Shown here piece by piece: positions 38,543-47,204 of a stretch of DNA of 64,000 bases. The stretch is from positions 11,262-75,261 of the forward strand of contig JAACVK010000030.1 of the NCBI GenBank assembly GCA_009991595.1, written 5' to 3'. Within the stretch, counting starts at the first letter, position 1. Every line of letters begins with the position of its first letter. Position numbers and translations under genes: made by a program. The notes under the pieces are model-generated. The model was not told the origin of the DNA, ran no database searches, and worked only from the letters and a program-made list of their open reading frames with translations. The stretch is from a bacterium (lineage in GTDB: Bacteria > Bdellovibrionota > UBA2428).

Positions 38543-39855
38543 TACTGCAGAAAGGCTCCGAAAGGGTTTATGCTATCGAGCTGATAAAAGGGATAAGGTC
38601 TACTGCGGCCACTGTTAAATAGCATCTGCACTTCAGCTGCCGATAACTTACGTTGCCAGATCGAATATTCGTCTATATGGGCGCGGACGCTATCGCCACC
38701 ATCCCCAATGGAAAACTTGTTATCACTTGCACTCCCCGGGCTCTCGTCTATATTTTGTGAATCACACAATGTGCCATTTTTATAGGCAATGACTCTAGTT
38801 GAGGAGGCGCCAACCTTCTCAAGAACAAAAGCGTAATGTATCCATTTCGAAGCCTCTAAGCGACACTGCTGAGAAAGATTGACACAAGTAGGAGTGGCTC
38901 CCGCGCACACTCTCACCAGATCGATGGTGGACTCCGTAAAAGTAACAATGAGGCCATTAGAGTTCCAACGATCATAAAAATATTGATTTTGAGTGTTTGG
39001 ATTCAGGTCATAAATCCAACCTGAAATACTCAATTCCCCTGTGGCTTCAATATCCGTATCGTCCCCTGTTGATCCAGTATAATAATAATCAGTAGCACTC
39101 ATGTCCGACGCCAACTTATCTTTGGCATTAGCTGTAAAAGTAATTGTGCCGCTATTTTTACTTAAATCATTACCACCTACAACATCGTTGTGATTTCCAT
39201 TAAACGGATAATAAGCCGTTAGGTGACGGTTCGCATTTTTATCTAACAGCAAAGGCATCGGCTGAAAGGGAAACACAACGTCATCACACTGATGGATGGC
39301 CTTTGCCGGCGAAAAATTCGCTGTAACGTCCACAGCACCTCGGTTCAAATCATCAATGGTGATTTGATCGGAAGACAAAATGTAAGGATAGGAATACTCA
39401 ACATCTTGATAGTCAAAGGTGTATTCTAAACCAACACAATTTTGAGCGGACGATGGCTTTTTAAAGCCCACAATTCGAGCCTTAATTGGAAACCCCGCCG
39501 TGCTGGCAATCATACTCATAGAAGTAGGACTTCCTGGAGTAAAAGAATTAAGGCCTATGTAATCAATTACGCTAAACTTCTCTCCATCCGCTAGCTCACA
39601 GCGCCCAACATTGGGAGCCTTGCTGTATTCAACCATCAGTCCTACGCAATCGATAGCATTAATCGTATTTGGCTCAACTGGAACACTTGAGACATTCAGA
39701 CGGAATGCATCGACTAGATCGAGTCCAAAGGAATCGATGGATGGAACTGTAGCCTCACTATGGATATTAAAACGCAACTCTGGTGTAGAGTTGGGCTCTG
39801 GAGCACATTGGGCAACGATTAAAGCACATAGACAAAGGCAGGCCCATCTAGACAT
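38539..39855 (-). CDS. Putative lipoprotein with C-terminal LamG/concanavalin-like domain
   Basis: N-terminal hydrophobic segment ending in Cys; AYYPFNGN..D, LSISGWI, WIHYAFV, YKNG and IDEYSIWQRKLSAAEV. Confidence 0.8.
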   Translation of the reverse strand: MSRWACLCLCALIVAQCAPEPNSTPELRFNIHSEATVPSIDSFGLDLVDAFRLNVSSVPVEPNTINAIDCVGLMVEYSKAPNVGRCELADGEKFSVIDYIGLNSFTPGSPTSMSMIASTAGFPIKARIVGFKKPSSAQNCVGLEYTFDYQDVEYSYPYILSSDQITIDDLNRGAVDVTANFSPAKAIHQCDDVVFPFQPMPLLLDKNANRHLTAYYPFNGNHNDVVGGNDLSKNSGTITFTANAKDKLASDMSATDYYYTGSTGDDTDIEATGELSISGWIYDLNPNTQNQYFYDRWNSNGLIVTFTESTIDLVRVCAGATPTCVNLSQQCRLEASKWIHYAFVLEKVGASSTRVIAYKNGTLCDSQNIDESPGSASDNKFSIGDGGDSVRAHIDEYSIWQRKLSAAEVQMLFNSGRSRPYPFYQLDSINPFGAFLQY

Positions 39856-39928
39856 AGACTTAAGCTTAGCAAAACCCCTTTATGGACTAAGAGTCAGAAC
39901 TTTGGCAAAGACAGTAACTTTGTAAAAA

Positions 39929-42900
39929 CTAGTAGATGCTTTCGGCCTTTAGACAGCCGGGAACATTTGTAATCCGATTGATTTGTTCAACCAAGCCTTT
40001 GTTTGGTTGAACGGTGAAACTCTTGCCTACATTCAGCGCGGTTTCAAAAACTCCCGCCTTGTAGAGCGTCATCTCAACTGGAATAGGTCCTGCATGTTTC
40101 TTAAGGAGCACAGCCAAGTCTTGGTAAACACGATTGACAACTCCAGCCTCCTCCATTCGATCGATGCTAAATTTAATTTTAATTTTCTTAGGCCAATTCT
40201 CTTCTATGTCTCTTAAGTATTGCATGGAGAGGTTATTGTTAACTTTAATCTCACCGGCAAGCAGCTTTGGCTTGTCTTCTTCGAAATCAAGATTAGCTTG
40301 AACCAAGAGAGGTTCCTTCGAGCGAAAGAGCTCCGCAAACTCTTTAAAGTGATCGGGAAAACTGACAATTTCGATCTGGCCACTTTGATCTTCTAGCCTA
40401 GCCACAGCCATCATCTCGCCCACCCGACGGCCACGCTTTACACGAAGCTCTCGTAACTCTGAAACCATTGCGGCAATGGTCACGGGAGTTTTAGGCGCTA
40501 ATTCTGCCAAACTAAAAATGGGACGAGCTCCACTTAAAACAATTTTTTCTTCATAGGCATCTAACGGAGAGGCACTTAAGTAAATTCCTAAAAGTTGCTT
40601 TTCCCAGTCGAGCATCTGTCTTTGTTCGGGGAAGATGCCATCTTGATACTGAGGGCGTCCTGCAGAGTTACCAGGTCCTGAGAGATCTTCGCCAAACAAA
40701 GAAAACTGACCGCTTTCTTTTCGAGCAGCTTCTTTAGAGGCCCACTCAAGTGCCGACTCCAAAGAATTCAAATAACGTCCTCGTATGGTCGCCGGAGGTA
40801 AATCTTCTAAACTATCGAAAGCACCACACTGAATGAGAGCCTCCAACATGCGTTTATTGGTTCTCCTTACATCCACCACAGAAAGAAAGTGAAAGAGGTC
40901 TTCAAATTTGTCGACCGTCTTTCGGGCTTCCAAAATAGCATCCACCGCAGAAGAACCCACGTTCTTAACAGCATTCAAGCCAAAACGAACATTCTGGTCG
41001 TCAATCTTAGTGAAATCCTTCTGACTCTCGTTTACATCAGGAGGCAAAATCTTCAAGCCGCGTTTCTTGGCGTCCATGATGTAGCGAGCCAGTTTGTCGG
41101 TGTTTTCTTTTTCAATGGTAAGTAGTGCCGCAAAAAACTCAGCCGGATACTTCGCTTTTATGAAAGCGCTTTGCACGGCAAGCTTTGCGTAAGCTGCAGC
41201 GTGCGATTTATTAAAACCATAGCCTGCAAACTTGGCAATCAAATCAAAAAGCTCAGAAGCTTTAACAGGGTCTCTGCCCGCTTTTTCGGCGCCATCCACA
41301 AACAGTCCGCGTTGAGCGTCCATTTCTGCAGCAATTTTCTTCCCCATCGCTCGACGTAAAAGATCGGCTCCACCAAGTGTGTAACCACCCACCTGTCGGG
41401 CAATTTCCATGACTTGCTCTTGATAGAGAATCACTCCGTAGGTTTCTCTTAAGATGGGCTCCATCTCAGGAAAAGGCACCGTTACTTTTTCGCGACCATG
41501 CTTACGGTTGATGTAGTCATCGACCATTCCACTTTCGAGTGGACCAGGTCTAAACAAGGCGTTAATCGCAGCAATGTCTTCAAAACAATCGGGCTTGATG
41601 CGCGTGCACAAGCCCTGCATGCCGCCACTCTCAAGCTGAAACACCCCCAATGTGTCGCCCTGAGAAATCAATTCATAAATGGCAGGATCATCGGTTGGAA
41701 TATTGTAATACTGTAAATCCGCCGTATCTTCTTCGCCGCGAGCGCGCACATGACGACAAGCTAAATCAAGAAGGTCGAGCGTAACCAAGCCCAAAAAGTC
41801 GAACTTCACTAAGCCCGCTTCTTCGCTCATTTTCATATCCCACTGTGTAATTTGATTCCCATTCACATCGCGAGACATGGGCGCTAAGTCGGCAATCGGT
41901 TTACCAGAGATAATAACTCCAGCCGCATGCACTCCCGCTTGGCGCAATCCGCCTTCAAGGCTCTTCGCTAAATCGATAACCTGCTTAATACGTGGATCGG
42001 TTTTATAAAGATCTTGAAGCTCTTCAACGTCGTCCATGGCCTCCGTAAGAGTCATGGGTCTGGCTTGAATGGAAGGAATCAACTTAGTGAGCCGGTTTGT
42101 TTCCGCAAAACTAAAACCTAAAACTCGCCCCACATCTTTGATGGCGTTTTTACTTTGCTCTTTAGCAAAAGTTACAATTTGACAAACTTGAGCTTGACCG
42201 TATTTCTTGGCCACATATTGAATCACTTCATGACGCCTGGCCTGACAAAAATCGATGTCAAAATCCGGCATAGAAACACGCTCCGGATTTAAGAAACGCT
42301 CAAAGACCAAACCATTTGCGATTGGATCAAGATCCACAATGTCCAAAGCCCATGCAGCTAAGGATCCTGCTCCAGAACCTCGCCCTGGTCCCACTGGAAT
42401 GTTATTTGACTTTGCCCATCGAATAAAATCCGATACGATCAAAAAATATCCCGCAAAGCCCATTGCGTTGATGATTTCAATCTCACGATTAAGACGATTC
42501 TTATATATGTCTTGATCTTCTTCACTGCTAATGTTGTGTCGGCGAAAACGCTCTTCTAAACCTTCTTTGCTCAAGCGATCAAAGCATTCTTCTTGAGGTT
42601 CATCTCCAGAAGAGAAGGTCGGTAGGTGATAGATTCGATTTCCCTCTTCGTCCTTGAACTTAAGCTTTACATTACAGCGCTCTGCGATCGCCACCGTGTT
42701 GGAAAGAGCTTCAGGAAAATGAGAGAAAGCCTCTTGCATTTCTTCAGGCGACTTTAAGTAGAAGTCGGTAGAAACTAAATTAGATCTTGGATTGGATTCT
42801 AAGTTGAGCTTTTGCGCAACCATCATCCAAACTTCTTGAGCAAATGCTTCGCGAGCTTCCAAGTAATGCACATCACAAGTGGCCACACAGCCTAGACCGT

Positions 42901-43486
42901 GTTTTTTAGCCAAGGACATCAAGCGCTCATTGGCTCGTTCTTGAACCGTCAACTGAGTCGCTTGTAACTCCAAAAAGAAATTCTCGCCGTATAGCTTTTG
43001 AAAGGCCACTAAAGACTCTAGAGCCAATCGTTCTTGATCTTGCGCAATGAACGAAGTCACAACTCCTTTAAGCCCACCACTAAGAGCGATGAGGCCCTCT
43101 CTATGTTCTTCCAACGCCTCGAAAGGAACCCGCGGAAGCAAGCCTTCACTTTCTGAATAGCCGTATTCGACATGGGCCTTAGTCACCAGCTGGCTCAGAT
43201 TATGAAAGCCCGTGTTGTTCTCCGCCAATAAAACCAAGTGGCGAAGCTGCTCTCCACCTTGAGGCACAATGATTCCCAGCTCAACGCCATAAATGGGCTT
43301 CACTCGCCCTTCGGCGTGTGATTTGGCAGCCTTCATAAAATGAAGGGCTCCATACATATTGGCCCAATCGGTGAGCGCAACAGCATTCATTCCCAGCTCA
43401 TCCACTCGCTGGATAAGGGGATCGACTTTCAATAAACTCGAAGATAACGAGTATTGGCTGTGGACGTGAAGGTGAACAAAACTCAC
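39929..43486 (-). CDS. dnaE: DNA polymerase III alpha subunit
   Basis: HLHVHSQYS (PHP), VGPGRGSGAGS, FERFLNPERVSMPDFDIDF, KFDFLGL, GVFQLES, RPGP and YGFNKSHAAAY. Confidence 0.98.
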   Translation of the reverse strand: MSFVHLHVHSQYSLSSSLLKVDPLIQRVDELGMNAVALTDWANMYGALHFMKAAKSHAEGRVKPIYGVELGIIVPQGGEQLRHLVLLAENNTGFHNLSQLVTKAHVEYGYSESEGLLPRVPFEALEEHREGLIALSGGLKGVVTSFIAQDQERLALESLVAFQKLYGENFFLELQATQLTVQERANERLMSLAKKHGLGCVATCDVHYLEAREAFAQEVWMMVAQKLNLESNPRSNLVSTDFYLKSPEEMQEAFSHFPEALSNTVAIAERCNVKLKFKDEEGNRIYHLPTFSSGDEPQEECFDRLSKEGLEERFRRHNISSEEDQDIYKNRLNREIEIINAMGFAGYFLIVSDFIRWAKSNNIPVGPGRGSGAGSLAAWALDIVDLDPIANGLVFERFLNPERVSMPDFDIDFCQARRHEVIQYVAKKYGQAQVCQIVTFAKEQSKNAIKDVGRVLGFSFAETNRLTKLIPSIQARPMTLTEAMDDVEELQDLYKTDPRIKQVIDLAKSLEGGLRQAGVHAAGVIISGKPIADLAPMSRDVNGNQITQWDMKMSEEAGLVKFDFLGLVTLDLLDLACRHVRARGEEDTADLQYYNIPTDDPAIYELISQGDTLGVFQLESGGMQGLCTRIKPDCFEDIAAINALFRPGPLESGMVDDYINRKHGREKVTVPFPEMEPILRETYGVILYQEQVMEIARQVGGYTLGGADLLRRAMGKKIAAEMDAQRGLFVDGAEKAGRDPVKASELFDLIAKFAGYGFNKSHAAAYAKLAVQSAFIKAKYPAEFFAALLTIEKENTDKLARYIMDAKKRGLKILPPDVNESQKDFTKIDDQNVRFGLNAVKNVGSSAVDAILEARKTVDKFEDLFHFLSVVDVRRTNKRMLEALIQCGAFDSLEDLPPATIRGRYLNSLESALEWASKEAARKESGQFSLFGEDLSGPGNSAGRPQYQDGIFPEQRQMLDWEKQLLGIYLSASPLDAYEEKIVLSGARPIFSLAELAPKTPVTIAAMVSELRELRVKRGRRVGEMMAVARLEDQSGQIEIVSFPDHFKEFAELFRSKEPLLVQANLDFEEDKPKLLAGEIKVNNNLSMQYLRDIEENWPKKIKIKFSIDRMEEAGVVNRVYQDLAVLLKKHAGPIPVEMTLYKAGVFETALNVGKSFTVQPNKGLVEQINRITNVPGCLKAESIY

Positions 43487-43706
43487 CCCCTAGATTTCGA
43501 CTTTTAATGGCTAACAGTCAAGGCAGCTAAGAGATAAATTCAATCGTTGAACGCTTCAAGAACAAGCTATAAACACTCGTTATTTCTTAGTTATTTGAAT
43601 CGACCTGAAACAGATGTTGGCAGTGAGAAAAGCCAAACTCGAGTGCACCCCAAAGGCTTTTGGGTAAAATCCTTGTTTTTATACTCGAATCCATTACCAT
43701 CTTTAT

Positions 43707-44225
43707 ATGCAACCAATGAACCGAATCATTGTAGTCGATGACGAGTCTGACATCCTTGATATTTTAAGAGAGAATTTAGAAAGACCTAACTTAGACGTTC
43801 TAACGGCACAAAGCGGAAAAGAAGCCCTTAAACTCCTAAAGATGGCTCCTATCGATATCGTTATTTCCGACGTGATGATGCCTGAAATGTCTGGACTAGA
43901 GTTGGCTGAAAAAATTACAGAACAACAAGGAAGAGCACCTTATCTAATCTATATTACTGCTTCCTCGATTCCACCAAAAGACCTTTATGCGGCTGGAGCC
44001 GATGCGTGCCTTCCGAAACCCATCGACCTAGACCTACTGGCCTCCATGGTTGAACATTTTATTAAACGCAACAAGCAAAGCCACATTTTGGCTTATGGAT
44101 CAAGATCAGACCAAGAGCACTTGGAACACATCATCGTTCAAGCTCAATCGATCCTTCAACTAGAGGAAAGCAAAACTGCTGCTGAAAATATTTTAAAACG
44201 CGCCTACTTGATGAAGAAAACTTAG
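43707..44225 (+). CDS. Response regulator (receiver domain plus short helical tail)
   Basis: IVVDDE, ISDVMMPEMSG (phospho-Asp), ITA and GAD.CLPKP. Confidence 0.9.
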   Translation: MQPMNRIIVVDDESDILDILRENLERPNLDVLTAQSGKEALKLLKMAPIDIVISDVMMPEMSGLELAEKITEQQGRAPYLIYITASSIPPKDLYAAGADACLPKPIDLDLLASMVEHFIKRNKQSHILAYGSRSDQEHLEHIIVQAQSILQLEESKTAAENILKRAYLMKKT

Positions 44226-44303
44226 CCAGGAAACTGACGTCGCAAAGCGTTATCACCGGCGCAAAAAATTCAATTTTAAGGGCAAAAGCTCCGAAGAAGT
44301 CTC

Positions 44304-46298
44304 ATGAGTCAAGCTCTTCCCAAAACCTCAAAAAGTTCTTTCGGGGCAGAGCTCCTCGACCACACTTTAATTTTCGGATCTCTAGATGCCGCCTTGAAAG
44401 AGCAAATTTTTCAACTATCCGTTGAGAAAAACGTTCCCGCCGGACAAGTCATTTTCAACCAGGGCGCACCCGCTGATGGTGTTTACATCGTTGCTACCGG
44501 CAAAGTATCTATACTTTCTCAGAACAAAGATCTGGGACTTTCTCTAGAAATTGCTGTCTTAGGTCCAGGCGAAGTGTTTGGAGAAATGGCACTCATCACC
44601 GGAGAAGTCAGAGGAGCTGCCTCCAGAGCGCGAGAAGATTCAAAACTATTCTTCCTCTCCAAAGAAACTTTTGACAAACTGACAACCAAACTTCCATCAG
44701 TCTCTATGGGAATTGCTCAAACATTGGCACGAAGACTCCAAACAAAAAATCAGAAGCAATCGGTTGAATACAAGAATCTCTCTTCATTCACCTTTGATTC
44801 CGAGATTTATGAGCTGGTTCCTGATCTAGTGCTTCGCAAACACAAAGCGATTCCCCTGCTTCTTGATGGAAATCTCCTAACGGTGGCGATGGTCACCCCA
44901 GAAGACAGCATTGCTCGAGACGAGATAATGCGAGGCCTTAGACGACTCCATCTCCACCCAGTTGCCGTTAGCGAGTCGGACTACCAAAATTTTATTTCAA
45001 ATCACTTGGGGAAACTTCGCTCCGTAAAACCTAATGTCTCTTTAAAACGCACAGTCGTAGACCCAAGCAAAGTAGAACTCATTAACATCACCGAAGACTT
45101 CAACAAAACAAAAGTTGTTTCGGGCGAAGATGTCATTCGACTTTTAAACACACTCATCGCAGAAGCCTTGAGCAACAATGCCAGCGACATTCACATCGAA
45201 GCAGGCTTAAAGGGATTGACCGTTCGATATCGTGTCGACGGAATCCTTCACGAAAGACAGAACTACGTTCCTGGAGAATATGCCGCCCCAATGATTTCTC
45301 GCTTAAAGGTGTTGGCTCGATTAGATCCGACTGAAAAGCTAAAACCTCAAGATGGTCGAATTAGCATGCAATATGAAAAAAAGGATTACGACTTACGAGT
45401 TGCCACAATTCCTGTTCGGCGTGGTGAACGTGTGACCATGCGTATCTTAGATTCTGACTCAAGCCTCCTAAACCTCAATCAACTTCTTCTAGTTCCACAA
45501 GTAGTAAAGCTCGTAGAACAAATGTCCTTCAAACCACAAGGTTTAGTTTTAGTTACAGGACCGACAGGATCAGGAAAAACAACGAGCATGTATTCGCTCT
45601 TAAAGGCCCGAATTGAGCACGATGGCGCTAAGATATCTGTGGCCACCATTGAAGACCCTATTGAATATTCTATCAAAGGGATCTCGCAAACTGAGGTCAA
45701 TCATGTGCACGGCCTCAATTTTAGCATAGCCCTCAAATCTCTTTTAAGACATGATCCAGATGTCATTATGGTGGGAGAAACCCGAGATGCAGAAACGGCT
45801 CAAACCGTTTGCCAAGCTGCATTGACCGGCCACTCGGTCATCACGAGCATGCATACAAACAGTGCGATCGAATCTATTTTACGGCTTGAAGACCTAGGCG
45901 TCGAAAAAGCCATGGTGGTATCAGCCCTCAACGGTGTCATTGCTCAGCGCTTAGTCCGACGCAATTGCACAAGCTGTTCGCGTCCCAGCAAACTTTCTGC
46001 CAACCTTAGACAAAGCCTGGTCGACAGCTCACTTTTAAAAGAAAATGATGACTTCCCCGTTCAGCAGGGCGAAGGCTGTCGAGCATGCAATGGAACAGGT
46101 TTTCAAGGACGAATGGGTGTCTATGAAATTCTGCCGATGAGCGAAAGTCTAAAAGACGTCATTACAAGAAGTTCTTCTAGAAAAGAGATTCAACAGGAGG
46201 CCTTGCGAAGCAATATGGTTACTATGAAAAGCTACGCCTACTTCCTTTTAAGAAAAGGTCTCACTAGCCCAAGCGAGTTACTTCGCCTGATCTCCTAG
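44304..46298 (+). CDS. GspE/PilB-family assembly ATPase with N-terminal cyclic-nucleotide-binding domain
   Basis: IFNQG..ADGVYIV..GKV...GEVFGEMAL.....R.A (cNMP); T2SSE_N-like KAIPL...LTVAM; ASDIHIE, PQDGR, GPTGSGKTT, TIEDPIEY, PDVIMVGETRD, TGH, and CxxC..CxxC. Confidence 0.92.
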   Translation: MSQALPKTSKSSFGAELLDHTLIFGSLDAALKEQIFQLSVEKNVPAGQVIFNQGAPADGVYIVATGKVSILSQNKDLGLSLEIAVLGPGEVFGEMALITGEVRGAASRAREDSKLFFLSKETFDKLTTKLPSVSMGIAQTLARRLQTKNQKQSVEYKNLSSFTFDSEIYELVPDLVLRKHKAIPLLLDGNLLTVAMVTPEDSIARDEIMRGLRRLHLHPVAVSESDYQNFISNHLGKLRSVKPNVSLKRTVVDPSKVELINITEDFNKTKVVSGEDVIRLLNTLIAEALSNNASDIHIEAGLKGLTVRYRVDGILHERQNYVPGEYAAPMISRLKVLARLDPTEKLKPQDGRISMQYEKKDYDLRVATIPVRRGERVTMRILDSDSSLLNLNQLLLVPQVVKLVEQMSFKPQGLVLVTGPTGSGKTTSMYSLLKARIEHDGAKISVATIEDPIEYSIKGISQTEVNHVHGLNFSIALKSLLRHDPDVIMVGETRDAETAQTVCQAALTGHSVITSMHTNSAIESILRLEDLGVEKAMVVSALNGVIAQRLVRRNCTSCSRPSKLSANLRQSLVDSSLLKENDDFPVQQGEGCRACNGTGFQGRMGVYEILPMSESLKDVITRSSSRKEIQQEALRSNMVTMKSYAYFLLRKGLTSPSELLRLIS

Positions 46299-47191
46299 TT
46301 GCCCAATCTTCTACCTTGATTGGGTTGAACTCCTTTTAGAATAATTGCACTGCATTTCGCATTTAAATTGATACCAAAATTGGCGAGACCTACAAAAACC
46401 TTTTGGCTATGTCGGTTGGTCGTTATGAACTTCAGAGCCTGTTTTCTTTCTGAAGGCTTTAACTCGATATCTGCCAAACTCTTAGGCAAAAGGTGATCTG
46501 CAAAAAACCCTTTTCTGGCATCGTTCCAAAAATAGGTGTTACCGCTCAAATGTCTGCCTATTCTTGCAACAAAATCTCGATCAGAAGCTAAATGAAAATA
46601 TGAAATGGAATCAAGAATACTCGGATCTAATCTAAAATTAGAGCGACTGTGTTCCAACCAATCCAAGGGACCAATTCCATTGAAAGTAACCGCCTTAATC
46701 TCTTTTAAGGAGGACTGTTTGGATAGCTTTTCTTGAAGCTCATATGCAAAAACTTCTGCCAGTCCACCACCACTACTATGACCGGTGACAAGAACCTTCG
46801 TTCCATCGAAATCAGTGGCGGTAATTTTGGCGAAGACCGTTTCCAAAAGGTTTTTATATTCGCTGCTAGCATATTGAGGGTAATTCAAGCCAATATCTGA
46901 GAACATTGCGCCCAAGGAATAGGTTCCTCGAAAGGCAACAGTTAACTCTCTTTCACTAGTCAAGCCAGACTCGGAGACAATGGCGTGGAGCCCGGTGTGG
47001 GCGTCTTGAAACAACTGCCCTCTTCTAGATGACCTTCTCAAAGCGTAGGATTCCGTCGAAGCTCTCAAGGCACGATCCAAAACATCAAAATTCAAAAGCT
47101 CATTGCTAGCAATGCAGGGCACAGTATTGAGAACCGAAAGACAAACCAGCAACCCTAGAAACCAATCTCTCCTTCCCTTCGCTGCAAGCAT
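46295..47191 (-). CDS. Secreted lipase/alpha-beta hydrolase (Lipase_3-like)
   Basis: Signal peptide; VAFRGT, VTGHSSGGGLA nucleophile elbow, VTFNG, D.VA, and terminal DH. Confidence 0.85.
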   Translation of the reverse strand: MLAAKGRRDWFLGLLVCLSVLNTVPCIASNELLNFDVLDRALRASTESYALRRSSRRGQLFQDAHTGLHAIVSESGLTSERELTVAFRGTYSLGAMFSDIGLNYPQYASSEYKNLLETVFAKITATDFDGTKVLVTGHSSGGGLAEVFAYELQEKLSKQSSLKEIKAVTFNGIGPLDWLEHSRSNFRLDPSILDSISYFHLASDRDFVARIGRHLSGNTYFWNDARKGFFADHLLPKSLADIELKPSERKQALKFITTNRHSQKVFVGLANFGINLNAKCSAIILKGVQPNQGRRLGN

Positions 47192-47204
47192 TCAAATGAA
47201 TCGA

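Noticed and set aside
39929..43486. Intein or split in dnaE
   Set aside because: Length (1185 aa) and continuous motifs match an uninterrupted alpha subunit.
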